Assembly (NCBI GenBank): GCA_951406725.2
Contig: OX597832.1
Span: forward strand, 37,510,001 to 37,574,000
Reading direction: 5' to 3'
DNA length: 64,000 bases
From: Octopus vulgaris
Taxonomy: Eukaryota
A program made the position numbers and the translations under genes. Within the stretch, counting starts at the first letter, position 1; each line of letters starts with the position of its first letter. Of the stretch, positions 27,060 through 41,423 are shown piece after piece. A model generated the notes under the pieces. The model saw only the letters and a program-made list of their open reading frames with translations. It did no database searches and was not told where the DNA came from.

Positions 27060-27291
27060 ATTCGTGCTGCATCATGTGTGTGTGTGTGTGTATAATTGTG
27101 TCTGGGGAGAATTCTTCGGTTTTAATGCCTTATGAATTAAAACACTCACCGGTTCGATTTCCACTCAGTTACTTAATTTTTCTAAAATTTTCGTTGCTTC
27201 TTACAACCTTTTCAATAAGAGGTACATACATACTACATACACACATATATACATGGGCGCAGGTATATATGAGGCTTCAAGGGCAGGTAGT

Positions 27292-27925
27292 TTCTCTATG
27301 AGATGCTACCTGCCCTCGAGGCATGATATAGCTGCAAAGACTATTTACAATGCCATCCGCAGGAGGACTGCCCAGACACATACACCAAAGGCATCTCAGA
27401 AGCAGCAGTCATTCTTGCCTCTAAAAATACGGAATTCTGGTGGAACAACCCAATAAAAACAAACATCGATTCGGTGCAAACACAAGCCTGAAATTGTTTT
27501 GTGGGACAGGGAACAAATGCCATGGACTCTTGTAGGGGTCAGCTGCCCAGCAGATGTGTATGTACAACCAAAAGTCCAAGAAAAAAAGAGAACATTTATG
27601 GCGAATTAATGTGGAACTTATACCTCTTGTATCCTGATTACGAATCCTTATTTGTACCTGTCATCATAGGTGCATTAGGTTATGTACCAACAAATTTCAT
27701 TCGATTTCACGGAAAAAGGGTAAATGAAAGATTTGTACGACATTCCAAAAATTCTTCTGAGGAAATTCTTACACTCGAGCGTAGGCATCGACAAGTTAAG
27801 CGACAAACCAGCATCTTAACCACCTATTTTCAACTCTCTTGACTTAAAACGTCTTGTTGCTTTGTTAGCTACTGACTTCAACTGTCTGAAGAATAACTTT
27901 GATTAAACTAAAAAGAATCATACAG
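27292..27925 (+). mobile_element. 3' fragment of the same R4/Dong-like LINE
   Basis: RCYLPSRHDIAAKTIYNA; EFWWNNPIK; KKENIYGELMWNLYLLYPDYESLFVPVIIGALGYVPTN; 3' UTR AAAACGTCTTGTTG.TTTGTTAGC shared with 15430-15456 (reverse complement). Confidence 0.85.
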
Positions 27926-29293
27926 ACATACACAGACACACACGCATACGTACCTGTAAGACAATATCACAGAGAATTAACAATTACAGCTTGGGTCTGT
28001 AGATTGCAGCACATCTAGAGCTATAATTCTGTGGATATGCACTAGCGGTTTGTTTAATCAGATGATCTATAACTGCACAATAGAAGCAACAATATAATAC
28101 CTCATACTCTGTGGTACAAATGTACGTAGACAGTGGCCTGTAGTTAAATGCTATAGAACTACCGAATCAGGTCTGAGCATTGGCAACACTACAACTACAT
28201 TCAATATTAAACAAACCTCAGTATATTATCCACCTCCTCATTCACTTATTGCAACAACAGCGACCTAGTTTATTCATTTCTCTCGAGCGGTCGGATTCAG
28301 TAAATATATAAGGGCTGCTATCACCTACAGACTTTTACAGATAATTTTCAATCTGGTTCACAATTTTTGAGAGATGTTTAACGATTTTGTCAGCCCAGTT
28401 TACGTAGAATAAAGGAAATTTCTCATATTTTATTGCAGTATTTATTATCCGTGTTTTTATACCAAGATTCTTCAGTTTATGTAGCTTTTATGATTGCCTA
28501 TTACAATGGAGAAAGTTGTGGTCGCAACATAAAGGAAAAGAAACAGAAAAATCAGTGTAATAACGAAAGGAAAAAGACCCCCAACTTAGCTATCGGAATA
28601 AAAGTTGGTTAGACCTCACTTCGTGGTGTTTCGATTAGTGCGCGTATATGTCTGTGTTTTTATGCGTGTGTGTGTAATACGTGTGTGGATGTGAGCGTAT
28701 ACGTGTCACCGACGTATGAACTGTATATAACACTGTGGGATATTAATACAACTATGGTGTATTAAATAATGTTTTGTTACAGCTTTATATAAACCTCTGA
28801 AATACAGTTTCGCAGATTCATATAATACGCGTAATATTTGGTTATTGTTTAACGCTAACCCAGGAAATAAGTGTTAAACTTTCATTTAAACCAAATCTCA
28901 CCATTTTCCTGTGCAATGTCCTTCTTATATTAGAAGTTTGTGTTGATGTCGTTGATTTTGGTTTTGTTGTTGTAACCCCACGGCATCCCTGGTCATTCCA
29001 GCCATTATACTTTTGGTTTTACTCTCCCACAGGTTACATTAACGACGTGATCATCCTTGTGGATTTCATTATTATTTTTGTAGCCGAAGGTCAATCCTAA
29101 TCCAGCAGATTAATGAAAACACTTTTGATTACTAACCATGCTGTCTCTCATTTTTCAGACATATTTTTATCCGTGGCTATACTACCCCTTATGCTCTTCA
29201 TTTTATTTTTACCACATCAAAACATAAATATCTAAGTTTAATTTCTCAGGTACAGTTACATACCTTAGTAATTACAGCAAAATAATATCAAAT

Positions 29294-29662
29294 TATTGTT
29301 ATATTTCGGGATGGCCGTTCTTTCTTTCTTCCTTTTTTTTTTTTTTTTTTGCCAAATAACTACACGCACTATATACTCGTTCTTCACTTTAGCTTTAATA
29401 TCATTCTTAATTTAATGTCCTTTGTCTGAAATCTTTCATCACATATCCCGTGACTTTTCAGCGACTCTCCATCTCACCCGTCTCCTCCTGTCCTGTTTAG
29501 TCCATTTTGTCACAGGCCACAGGATGTGTGATGAAAGATTTCAATCAAAGGACACTAAAATAAGAATAATAATAATGCTGAATTGAAGAGCAAAGTATAT
29601 AGAGCGTGTGGTTAATTGGCAAAAGATGAAAAAAAAAATGACCATACCGAAATATAACAATA
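29294..29662. mobile_element. Foldback element: about 150-160-bp inverted arms, hammerhead motif at the inner end of the left arm
   Basis: 29294-29454 matches the reverse complement of 29516-29662. Minus 29424-29465: GUCG-CUGAAAA-GUCAC(GGGAUAU)GUGAU-GAAA-GAUU-UC-AGAC. Confidence 0.8.
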
Positions 29663-29829
29663 TTTGTTACAACACACGATTTCACATCACGAATCTTGCA
29701 AAATAGATACTTAAACGTAAATATTAAAATCAGTTTCATGTCGTTTAGAGACTACTTAGATCTCATTGCCCAGACTATTTCGCTCTTCTCCATTCGCTGT
29801 CTTTTCTGTGAAACAACTTTTTTTAATGG

Positions 29830-30270
29830 TTAGGTCAGCGCTAGAAGAAAAACGACCATTTTTGGTTTCAAGACGAAAAGTGTTCTTCCATCAGGAAAAT
29901 GCTCAGCCACATACTGCAAGAATGACATTCTAAAGAATGGAGCAGTTTTAATGGGAAACAATGCCCCCTCCAACCATATTCGCCGGACATTTGCCTCATC
30001 TGATTATCATTTATTCTGCAGTCTTCAAAATCATGTGGACGGAAAAAATATGAATTCTGTGGACGATGTCAGAACAGTACTGGAGGAATATTTTTCGTCA
30101 CGGACAAGTGAATTTTTAGGGGCCTTGCAAGTATACCAGATAGATGGAAGAGCATTGTAGAAAATGAGAGAGACTATATTTTTGATGATTAAAAAAGAAC
30201 TTTGTTTATCTTAATTTTGAAAAATAAAAGAAGTATAAAAAAACCGCATTATTTATGGGATGACCCAATA
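29830..30270 (+). mobile_element. Mariner 3' end with TIR
   Basis: FHQENAQPHTA...SDYHLFCSLQNHVDGK...DRWKSIVEN; TIR AAAACCGCATTATTTATGGGATGACCCAATA at 30240-30270. Confidence 0.9.
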
Positions 30271-30524
30271 TGTATATGTATGTATATACTTGTCTTTGTA
30301 AATAAGTTTATTCCTCTCTTCGCAGTGTTTGTTCATTTACTTCTCCGCATCCTAGTGGTTCGACAAAAGAGAACGATAGAATGAGTCCCAGGCTTTAAAA
30401 GAAAGTACCGAGTTTGATTCGTTCGATTGAAACCCTTCATAGCGGTGACCCCGTAAGGAAATTACTGAAGCAAACAAGCGATAAAAGACAGAAGCTATGT
30501 ATATACACACCCACCAGCGCGCGT

Positions 30525-30633
30525 GAAAGACAAGGTCGGCCTCGGCGGAATTTGAACTCAGAATATAGCGATGGGCGAAATATCGCTAAGCATTTTGTCC
30601 AGCGTGCTAACGATTCTGCCAGCTCTCTGCCTT
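30525..30633 (-). mobile_element. Family A SINE 5' fragment
   Basis: CCTCGGCGGAATTTGAACTCAGAA...GTGCTAACGATTCTGCCAGCTC. Confidence 0.85.
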
Positions 30634-30679
30634 AACAACAGCAAAAACAGCAACAGCAACAACATCAACAACAACAATG

Positions 30680-30682
30680 ATA

Positions 30683-30715
<33 letters not shown>

Positions 30716-31090
30716 AAGATGATGATGAAGAAGAAAAATGAGAAAATTAAGAAGCAGCAGCAGTAGTAGTAGTAGTAGGAGTAGAAGAAGAAGAAGAAGA
30801 AGAAGAAGAAGAAGAAGAAGAAGAAGAAGAAGAAGAAGAAGAAGAAGAAGAAGAAGAAGAAGGAGGAGGAGGAGGAGGAGAAGAAGAAGAAGAAAAGAAG
30901 AAGAAGAAGAAGAAAAAGAGAAGAAAAAGAAGAAAAGACGAAGAAGAAGAAGAAGAAGAAGAAGAAGAAGAAGAAGAAGAAGAAGAAGAAGAAGAAGAAG
31001 AAGAGAAGAAAAAGAAGAAGAAGAAGAAGAAGAAGAAGAAGAAGAAGAAGAAGAAGAAGAAGAAGAAGAAGAAGAAGAAAAGAAGAAGAC
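30680..31090. repeat. Compound triplet tract (GAT)n-(AGC/AGT)n-(GAA)n, about 300 bp of GAA
   Basis: Direct reading. Confidence 0.95.
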
Positions 31091-31671
31091 CTGCACCGCT
31101 CCCACCACCAACAACAACATGAGCTACAACAAAACCAGGACAAGAATAAAAAAAGCACTCTGTCACACTTGAACACATCAACAACAACTACAACAGCAAA
31201 ACAATATCGTATGACAAGATGGAATTTTAGTGCTGTATTGTATTTTCGCTAAGAATAATATTCCATGGGGCAGTGGTCCCCAACCATGGATAACCTCAGC
31301 ATTGCCACCTGATTAAATAACCTTGCTATGCGAAGCTCGAGTTCCGTTGCTCATTGAAGCAAAGAAAAATGTTGTTTCGGCAAAACACATCCAGGTGTAA
31401 CTGGCTTCTAAAGAATTGTTTGCAAAAATGTGTCAAACTAATTAACAAAATGCACTAATTTAAACTTGTCTTCACCCTATGATATCCTGCCGGGGTCAGA
31501 CGCGTTTGGATTGTCCCCTAACTAGAACATGATATAAAACAAAAGAATAAATGAAACCAAATTTGCAATTAGAAGTTATAAATAACGAAGAAGGGTGGAC
31601 TGTATTAATTAGCGATTTAATGTTGTTTTGTGATATCTTTCGTACAGAAGATTCATTAAACATTTGTGCTG

Positions 31672-32090
31672 AGGCGGCGAACTGGCGGAATCGTTAGCAC
31701 GCCGGGCGAAATGCTTAGCGGTATTTCGTCTGCCGCTACGTTCTGAGTTCAAATTCCGCCGAGGTCGACTTTGCCTTTCATCCTTTCGGGGTCGATAAAT
31801 TAAGTACCAGTTGCGCACTGGGGTCGATGTAATCGACTTAATCCGTTTGTCCTCTCTGTGTTTAGCCCCTTGTGGGTAGTAAAGAAATAGGTATTTCGTC
31901 TGTCGCTACGTTCTGATTTCGAATTCCGCCGAGATTGGCTTTGCCTTTCATCCATCGGGGTCGATAAATTAAGTACCAGTTACGCACTGGGGTCGATATA
32001 ATCGACTTAATCCGTTTGTCTGTCCATGTTTGTCCTCTGTGTTTAGCCCCTTCTGGGTAGTAAAGAAATAGGTATTTCGCCCGTCGTTTA
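31672..32090 (+). mobile_element. Family A SINE tandem: two units plus the start of a third
   Basis: Junction AAAGAAATAG|GTATTTCG at about 31890 and about 32071. Confidence 0.95.
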
Positions 32091-33454
32091 TCATTGAAAT
32101 TTGAATAAATTTTACATCTTTTCAGACACATCACCACCACCACCACCACGAACAACAACAACAGCACTACCACCACCACCAATTTCTCCATCATCATCAT
32201 CATCATCATCCTCTCCATCACTGTCACCACCACCACGACCACCACTACTACATCATCATCTTCATCCTCATGTTTAACATCTTTGAAATTTGAATATATT
32301 TCTCCTGTTTTTCAGACATATGGCGGCCGTGCGACATGTACGAAAAAAATAGACAAAACAAAACAAAACCCGCCAAATTACGAAAGAATTTCTCTAACAA
32401 CCCAATACTACAACCGTCTCCATTGCTGCCACCGCATCTTCAGTTTAACTGTAAATAAATCTCCAAGACAGGTTGATACTTGCAGGAAAAGAACAAGATC
32501 TGGAAGCCGCTCGGAATCTCGGATCGTATTAAGACTGTAATGTCATATGGCATATGAGTAAAAACACTTGACGAAGGAATGAAGGTGTTGGAGCTGCGAA
32601 GGTTGAGGTCCATCCAACGGCGTAACTGCTCGGGATCTTCAAGAGTAGTTAAAGAGATTTATTAACTTAATTAACCGTCTTCATTACTATCCGCACCACA
32701 GTCATCCTCGTCATTAAAACCAACATCATCGGCATCACCATCACAACCACCACCACCACCACCACCACCACCACCACCACCACCTACACCACCACGAATA
32801 ACAACACTTTTTCCATCATCATCATCATCATCATCATCACTACGACGACGCCCACCCCTCCTTTCTCCTCCTTCTCTTCCTTTACCCCATTCCCTGCATC
32901 CTCTTTATCATCATCTTTTACTTGTGTTGGACACAATGACGGATACCTCACATATATCTTATAATCAGGGTCCAATTCTAATTCCAGTAGCAGAATCTTT
33001 GGGCAGTCTTTGAAGAACTGCGTTGGATGGCAGAAGTTACATATTTGACTCAAATACACGCAATACAGAAGGCAGGTTTCGTACAAGGTCGGGCATTTTG
33101 ACAAGAAATGATAGAGTCGCTAGACCACGACTTGATATACGACTGGTACACATATCACCGACTCCTAAAAGGGCTAAAAGACTAAAATAGACCCCGGCGA
33201 AATTTTCCATCCAAAATCTAACGAAACGTAACTAATTAGAACAACACAATTAGTTCAACAGTCTATCACCTCTGACCTTAGGGAAACCCCTAAACAAATA
33301 TAAATTTTCAACATTCGCCGAGAGCTTAAGGATTTGTAAAAGAAAGTTTACAGAACGTTTGGCTACTTTGCTGATCTTTGACACACATTCCAACAAAATG
33401 TTTTCTTTTCAGAAACCTCCCTCTTCATTTAAATGCTTATCACTTTTCCATCCC

Positions 33455-33457
<3 letters not shown>

Positions 33458-33509
<52 letters not shown>

Positions 33510-33540
33510 GCACGCACGCACACACACACACACAAACACA

Positions 33541-33576
<36 letters not shown>

Positions 33577-33620
33577 CAAGCACACACACACACACAAGCA
33601 CGCACGCACCCACACACACA

Positions 33621-33659
<39 letters not shown>
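33458..33659. repeat. (CA)n microsatellite, interrupted
   Basis: Direct reading. Confidence 0.95.
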
Positions 33660-33661
<2 letters not shown>

Positions 33662-33829
33662 ATAAATACATACCACTGGTAGTCTGCTGGGAATGAAGGC
33701 AAGGAGTTGGCTCTGGAATTGCGCACTCAAGTTTTCTTTGCGCTTCTGCGATCCTATTCTGTTCTTAGGTGGCACCACAATTGTTGTAGCCACGCCAAGC
33801 AAAACGGTCCCGTACTTGCATTTCCCTGG

Positions 33830-34208
33830 TGTCGGGGATGATTTGAAAGCACTTTGCTGAAACTTTGAATGAATCGTTGAAGCCCTTTTCCCTCCGAAAA
33901 TTTAGCAGGCCACTTTTGCCCTGTTGATAAAGCTGGAGGTCATCCTCTAATGAAGCAAGCATATTAGCATGAAAGTCGTTGGAGGCTAAACTCATTTTCT
34001 GCCAGTACTTGAGCACACCGTGATGCCAAATCTTGTCGATTTTCACGCGAAGTCTTTACTAATTACATTTGAAGTGTTCTTTGAACAGTGAGGTATCAGT
34101 TTACCTGGTAAGAAACAATCCAGATATTAATAAGAAGTGTTTAAACTAATGCATGCAAGACTTAACCCCTTCATAGTCAACTGATGAACTTCTCAGCCCA
34201 CCCTCGTA
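33830..34208 (-). mobile_element. Mariner 5' end with TIR (same family as 37876-38521)
   Basis: TIR reverse complement TACGAGGGTGGGCTGAGAAGTTCAT; DKIWHHGVLKYWQK...FHANMLASLEDD. Confidence 0.85.
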
Positions 34209-34636
34209 TGTAATCCGCATATTTATCATTTACATCAGTTTGATTCAGCCCCATGTAACTTAAAGTTTCGTAAGCTCCTTTCAGAAACCGTCCTCGTCCG
34301 ACTCAGTTGACCATTTTAGCCCGATGAGCTGAAACTGGGCCGGATCAAACTCTTTTAGATAATGATATATGCGGCGTGCTGGCAGAGTCGTTACAACGAC
34401 AGACAAAATGCTTAGACGCACTTCAACCGTCTTTACGCACTGATTTAAAATTTCCGCAGACATCGACTTTATCTTTCAATAATAGAATATTGCTTTTCTT
34501 TGGTCATTTGCGTCAAACCTTCGAACATAACATTCCAAATTGAACTTTGAAACATCTTGTTTATGTATATGTGTTTATATCCGTGCGTATATGCATACAC
34601 TGCTATGTAAGTGTGGGTATATACATATTATATAAA

Positions 34637-34797
34637 GTTAATCCAAACAAGAAAGCACAAAAAAACACAACAGCGCGAGGACGTGGAACAAATATAGTAT
34701 TATTGGACGCTCAGGAAAGAAGGAAAGAAGGAGGGTTTAACGTTTCGAGCGGAGCTCTTCGTCGGAAACATAGGAGAAAGAAAGATCCAGAGAAGGG

Positions 34798-34798
<1 letters not shown>
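34637..34798 (-). mobile_element. Family P1 hammerhead-bearing repeat
   Basis: Minus 34735-34769: GUUU-CCGACGA-AGAGC(UCC)GCUC-GAAAC-GUU-AAAC; near-identical to 49752-49915. Confidence 0.85.
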
Positions 34799-34870
<72 letters not shown>

Positions 34871-34880
34871 ATGTGTGTAG

Positions 34881-34996
34881 ACAAATGGTAGGCAAAAAGT
34901 CACGCACCAAAGTATTTGATATTTTAAATGCTGTTCTTGAAATGTGCAATATACATTACATGAGTTTTAATCTTGGTGCGTGATTTTTGGCCCACC

Positions 34997-35000
<4 letters not shown>
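34881..35000. mobile_element. About 120-bp MITE with Tc1/mariner-type TIRs
   Basis: ACAAATGGTAGGCAAAAAGTCACGCACCAA versus right-end reverse complement ACAAGGTGGGCCAAAAATCACGCACCAA. Confidence 0.7.
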
Positions 35001-35048
<48 letters not shown>

Positions 35049-35362
35049 TTGTCTGTGTTTGTATGTGCATATATATATATATATAGGTGAGTGTATGTAT
35101 GTATGTATCCATGTGCATATTCACGCCTGGGTGCACAATCCGATATTCTGACGAGTATCTTTTACTCTCTCTTGCACTTACAGACGCACATATACACACT
35201 GACATGTATATAATACGCATAGTTAGAGTATATACATATTCACATAGATAGATGCACACACACGCACTCACACGCGCTCACACATACACACGCACACACA
35301 TATACACATACACGTGCACACATATATACATGTAGACATACATCTCCCACCCTCCCTCTCTC

Positions 35363-35400
<38 letters not shown>

Positions 35401-35874
35401 CATAAACACATATTAACACACATTCGTGGTGTGTTGTGCTATTTATTCTTGATGCACTCAAAAGAGAGATAGAGTCGATGAGGTTGAGAAAACATACACA
35501 CATACAGTTACACGCATACAGTTACACGCATATACACACAGAAAATGCGTATGTATAGAAATATTTATGCATATACACACATATATATATATACACACAC
35601 GCACATATATACATAAACATAAATATATATACGTAAATATTCAATGCATAAATGCGTATGACTAGAAATATCTATGTATATACACACATATAAACACACA
35701 CATACACACAGACATATATATATATATGCATACACATACATATACATATACGTGTGTGTGTGTGTGTGTTTGCGTGTGTTTGCGTGCATGTGTGTAAGAG
35801 TATATATATATATATATATATATATATAACACATACATATAGATGTGCATCTATGTACGCGTATGAACATAGAA

Positions 35875-35940
<66 letters not shown>

Positions 35941-36186
35941 GCGCTTGTACGCGTACATTTGTAAAAAACAAACAGAAATGAAAACAAACAGCAAAGCGTG
36001 AATTCCAGCTGTGTTACACCAACTTCGCAATAGCGTCTCAAACAGGAACGACTAAATTTCTACATAGTACCATTCCACAGACATGCTATAGAAGTACATC
36101 ATATCTTTTGGACTCTCGTCACATTCACTCGCCATATGTTGATAATTCTAGCACATCATGACATCACGAAATCTCCCGCCCTCTGT

Positions 36187-36235
<49 letters not shown>

Positions 36236-36398
36236 TTCTGTCTCACCATCTTCACTTGGTCTCATAACACACTCTCTATGTCTTTCTCTAATTCTCAGTC
36301 ACATTTTCTTATCATCTCCCCCACAATCCTTGCTTCTTCAGTTTCATGCCCGTTTGTGAGCTTGTGTATGTGTGAGTGTGTGTGTGTGTGTATGTGTG

Positions 36399-36508
<110 letters not shown>

Positions 36509-36594
36509 CACATATAGATACACACACACTCTCATATATATACACTTGCATATATACAAGCAGCTATGCGCGTGTGTGTGTGTGCGCGTATATA

Positions 36595-36664
<70 letters not shown>

Positions 36665-36945
36665 TCTATATTTTTATATTTATATATTAGTTCCAAAAGC
36701 AAGCCAAGCACCCTAAGAGAGACGATATGTCTCCGTTCGTGCTGTGCTGTAATTTCTGTGTAAATAAATTAAATTGTTGATAGCTGAGCAATATAAACAA
36801 TATTTAGACGAGATCAGCCAATTAATTTTACGGGGTCACCAGCTCAGGTCACTTCCGTTGCATCAAATCCCTCAGCGTATTCACTGCTTTAAAAATTTCT
36901 ATCATTCCCATATCCAGTTATATCTGTGTACGTGTGTGTGAGAGA

Positions 36946-36983
<38 letters not shown>

Positions 36984-37412
36984 ACTCACACATAAATATA
37001 ATCATAATAAACGTACTTTAACACGAACTTATACGCACACATATCTACATGGATTTATGTGTGTGTATATCAGTGCATAAAGTTTGAATGTCACAAAATG
37101 TTTCATGCAGTCCAGCGTAACAAATCCATCCAATCAGAACGTTACACGTCAAAACAAGCTCAATTATCATAATGACTATATCTACACCATTTCATAAGAG
37201 CATTGCGTTAAGGGAGATAACTTATATTCATTTCTTGATAGCTTCCTGATATGTTAAAATACGTTTTTCGTATCGCTCTAAAGTCATGCAATCTTCTTGC
37301 CACACAGCCACGTCTGCATCTCTAAATATATATATATGTGTGTGTGTGAGTGTGTGTGTGTAAATACATACACACATATATATACATAGACACACATATA
37401 CACGTATATGAC

Positions 37413-37667
<255 letters not shown>

Positions 37668-37875
37668 TTTTATTATTGCCCTGATGCAGTACCAGACAGT
37701 GGCTCTCGTGGCTTCTAATCTTAACTGATTGGAAGTGTTATCGTGTACATTATTTTGTCTTGGTATAAAAGATGGGCTACAGCAAATTTTCTGCTCAATA
37801 CCACAGATTTGCTTGTCAATTGCTTGACCTTAACCAGTTGGCCATCTCCCTCAGTGGCTGACGATATGTGCATCC

Positions 37876-38521
37876 CAGGTTGGGAAACGTTCACAGAAAC
37901 CAGCTGGAGATGCCTGAAACAGTGTCAGATTTTCCTGTGACGTGATCAGCCTGGTGCACTTTTGATCACGTGTCAGAAGACGTAGCAGCCACGGAACAGA
38001 AACCCTCGTCATGCCAAGTTCATGGTGCAGAATATTCTCAACTCTCTCCCTCGATATGCTAATAGCATTGGCTATTTGATTTACAGTCAATCGTTTGTCA
38101 TTCATCACCATGTGGTGAACACGATCAATGTTTGCGTCGGTTGTAGCTGTTGCAGGATGCCAAGGTCTTGGGGGAATCTTCAAGACTTTCCCTTCCCCTC
38201 CTAAATTCAGCTGCCCATTTTTGCACTGTTGGTAATGCTGGGGCGTCATCTCCAAATGCAGCAAGCATATCAACATGAATGTCGTGACGGGCAAAACCCT
38301 TTTTCTGCAGGTATTTGATAACACCATGATGCCAAATATTGTCCATTTTCAAGAGAAGCCTCTACGTTTGAAGTAGTCTTTGAACTGTGAGATGTAAGTT
38401 TACCTGGAAAGAAACAGAACAGTTATTTATAAGAAATTTTGAAATTAATGCAAATAAAATGTCACGGCTCTAACATCACTTTTTCAAAGACAGCCCATGA
38501 ACTTTTCAGCCCACCCTCCTA
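37876..38521 (-). mobile_element. Mariner 5' half with TIR
   Basis: MDNIWHHGVIKYLQKKG...TVQKWAAEFRRGRESLED, frameshift, then NIDRVHHMVMNDKRLTV...ILHHELGMTRVSVPWLLRLLT (WVPRLL-type motif); TIR at 38491-38521. Confidence 0.92.
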
Positions 38522-39164
38522 CATACCAAATATTAACAGTCATGTATCCGCTGTCATTTGACATTCTCAAGGCACTTCATCACATTCTTTGGACCTTTTA
38601 CTAAAATTACATGATGTATTTTACCATTTTCTTAGAATTTCCCGTCCTTGCAAAATTCATGAATTTTTCTGTATTTTTATCTCTTATAATTTAGTTTAAA
38701 TCTTTCCTCTTTGTTAGAAGGTTTCACACTTCGTGGCACACACACTGATCCTGTTTTCCCTTTGTGTCACCGTCACCGTCACCTTTTCCCCCCTCACTTT
38801 CCCCCTCATTTTCATCTGCTCCCATACATTCCTACCACCCACGAAACGATTATACAAGCGCATATGCCCCAATCTAAACTCCATTAACCTACACTAATAT
38901 GCTTCTGTGCTTGCACACTTCTTCACCACGCCCTTTAATGCTCTCTTTCACATAGGAGTACACTCATATACTTGTATAAATAAACCCACGCCTTCTGCCC
39001 TTCTTAACTTTTCCCTATAGAATAGCAGTCCCACCTGCTTCCTAATCCATCGCCTGTCTTCCTTTCTCTCTCTCTCCCTCTCTCTCTCCGTCTCTCTCTC
39101 TTTCTCTCTCTCTCTCTCTGTGTGAAAGACTGTTCTTCGTTCTCACACTCCCTATTTCTTTTTT

Positions 39165-39201
39165 TTTTTCTGATGACGGTCCAATGTCCAAAACGTTAAG
39201 A
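39165..39201 (+). ncRNA. Degenerate minimal hammerhead motif
   Basis: UUUU-CUGAUGA-CGGUC(CAAU)GUCC-AAAAC-GUU-AAGA; G12 is A. Confidence 0.4.
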
Positions 39202-39333
39202 CATTTATTTTAGTTAAGCGTTAATCTAGTAACTTATTGATAAGCCTTGTTCCTCTTGCGCTGTCCTTTCATATTGCTCATTGTATTTACACAACATATG
39301 CCTGTATGTATGTATTGTGTGTGTGTGTGGGTG

Positions 39334-39384
<51 letters not shown>

Positions 39385-39409
39385 AATGGGCGCAGATGTG
39401 GTTGTGTAT

Positions 39410-39925
<516 letters not shown>

Positions 39926-40965
39926 CGTTATTAGTTTTCATTCAGGATCGGGTAAACCACCAACGTATTCATGAAAGATTAGAACTCGAAACGTTTATAA
40001 ACGAAAAGTAATAATGTTCTTATTCGCTCAGCCAGTAACGCAAGTAGATGTAAATTATATTTCAATTGCTGTGATAGACCTGGCTGTTAAAACCAGCTCA
40101 GTGGCGCCTCACACCTCTTCAACAAAAAGACTTCACCTATTTTTTGTTCTATTTTCTGTTCTTTTTTTTTAATATTTCTCAGTATAACAATTTTTTTAGT
40201 TTGACATAACATTACTCATTTGATTGTGGTACGCGTATAATGAATAATTAAGATCCATGTACGTACATTACTGCTATTAAATTTATCGACAGACTCAGAA
40301 TAAAAAAGGACTGACAAATAGAAGTAGCAGTAAATATAACAAGGTATTTTAGACTCTGGTATACCAACCCATTCCACCTGACATTATACATTTGTTAGTA
40401 TAAATTTCATTAATTAAGAGATATAATTACGTTACATATTAAGAAATACAATAATATTCTTTATGACGTCTTGGCTTAAATTGACTTATTAGAAGTAATT
40501 ATAATTATAATTGTCTCATATGAAAATGTCTTATAGTTTTAGAATGAAAATTAGCAATATGATGAAGCCTGTTTTCTAATTAAGGTTTTAAATATGACCA
40601 AAGGATTATCATTTAATGCAAGATATAATTAAGATTTTCAGTGAACTTTATTAAGTAAGAACTATATCTGACTAATTTTTGCTTTGTTTTGTTTTGTTCT
40701 CTTGTAATAATTAACTATTAAAAGTTTCTTCTGGAGACTTAACATGTTATTAACTCTACCTAACTAGATATAACGTTCTATCGAGGAAGACCTGGTACCT
40801 GGTAGCACTATGGTTACTGCACTTGTCAAACCAAATGATTTCAAGAGAGAGATTCAGATGAATATGGTACTTTTAACGCACCAGAATATTTAGTACGGTA
40901 TTATCCATACAATTTCAAAGTAAGGTGATTAAAATCAAAATAAACAACAAGGATATCCAGAGGTA

Positions 40966-41054
40966 ATGCAGTACGATCGTTTCATGCAACTCCATTTAAT
41001 TGAACAATGCAATCATTACATCAATTAAAAATGTAGAGCAATATTCAGTTGCAC
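40966..41054 (-). ncRNA. Hammerhead motif with long loop II
   Basis: Minus: GUGCAA-CUGAAUA-UUGCUCUA...UGGAGUUGCAU-GAAAC-GAUC-GUA-CUGCAU; palindromic stem III ACGAUCGU. Confidence 0.5.
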
Positions 41055-41091
41055 AAATACACACATACATACACACACACATACACACACG

Positions 41092-41180
<89 letters not shown>

Positions 41181-41194
41181 CTATATACAACAGA

Positions 41195-41335
41195 TTTATT
41201 TCAGTTTCCATTTACCAAATCCACTCACAAGGCTTTGGTCCTCCTGAGGTTATAGCAAAAGACACTTGCCTAAGGTGCCACGCCGTGGGACTGAATCCAG
41301 AACAATGTGGTTGGAAAGCAAGCGTCTTACCACAC
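41195..41335 (-). mobile_element. Family B SINE 5' half
   Basis: CAAATCCACTCACAAGGCTTTGGTC...GACACTTGCCTAAGGTGCCACGCCGTGGGACTGAA. Confidence 0.85.
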
Positions 41336-41350
41336 ATCTCTGCCGAGAGA

Positions 41351-41423
<73 letters not shown>

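Noticed and set aside
30607-31187. Overlapping poly-R/E/K, poly-F/S/L ORFs (also 7827-8447)
   Set aside because: Products of (GAA)n tracts open in several frames on both strands
31271-31285. hAT-like terminus CAGTGGTCCCCAACC
   Set aside because: No matching opposite TIR or transposase remnant found nearby
34181-34187. CTGATGA as a hammerhead core or snoRNA box
   Set aside because: It lies inside a mariner TIR with no stem II-GAAA partner
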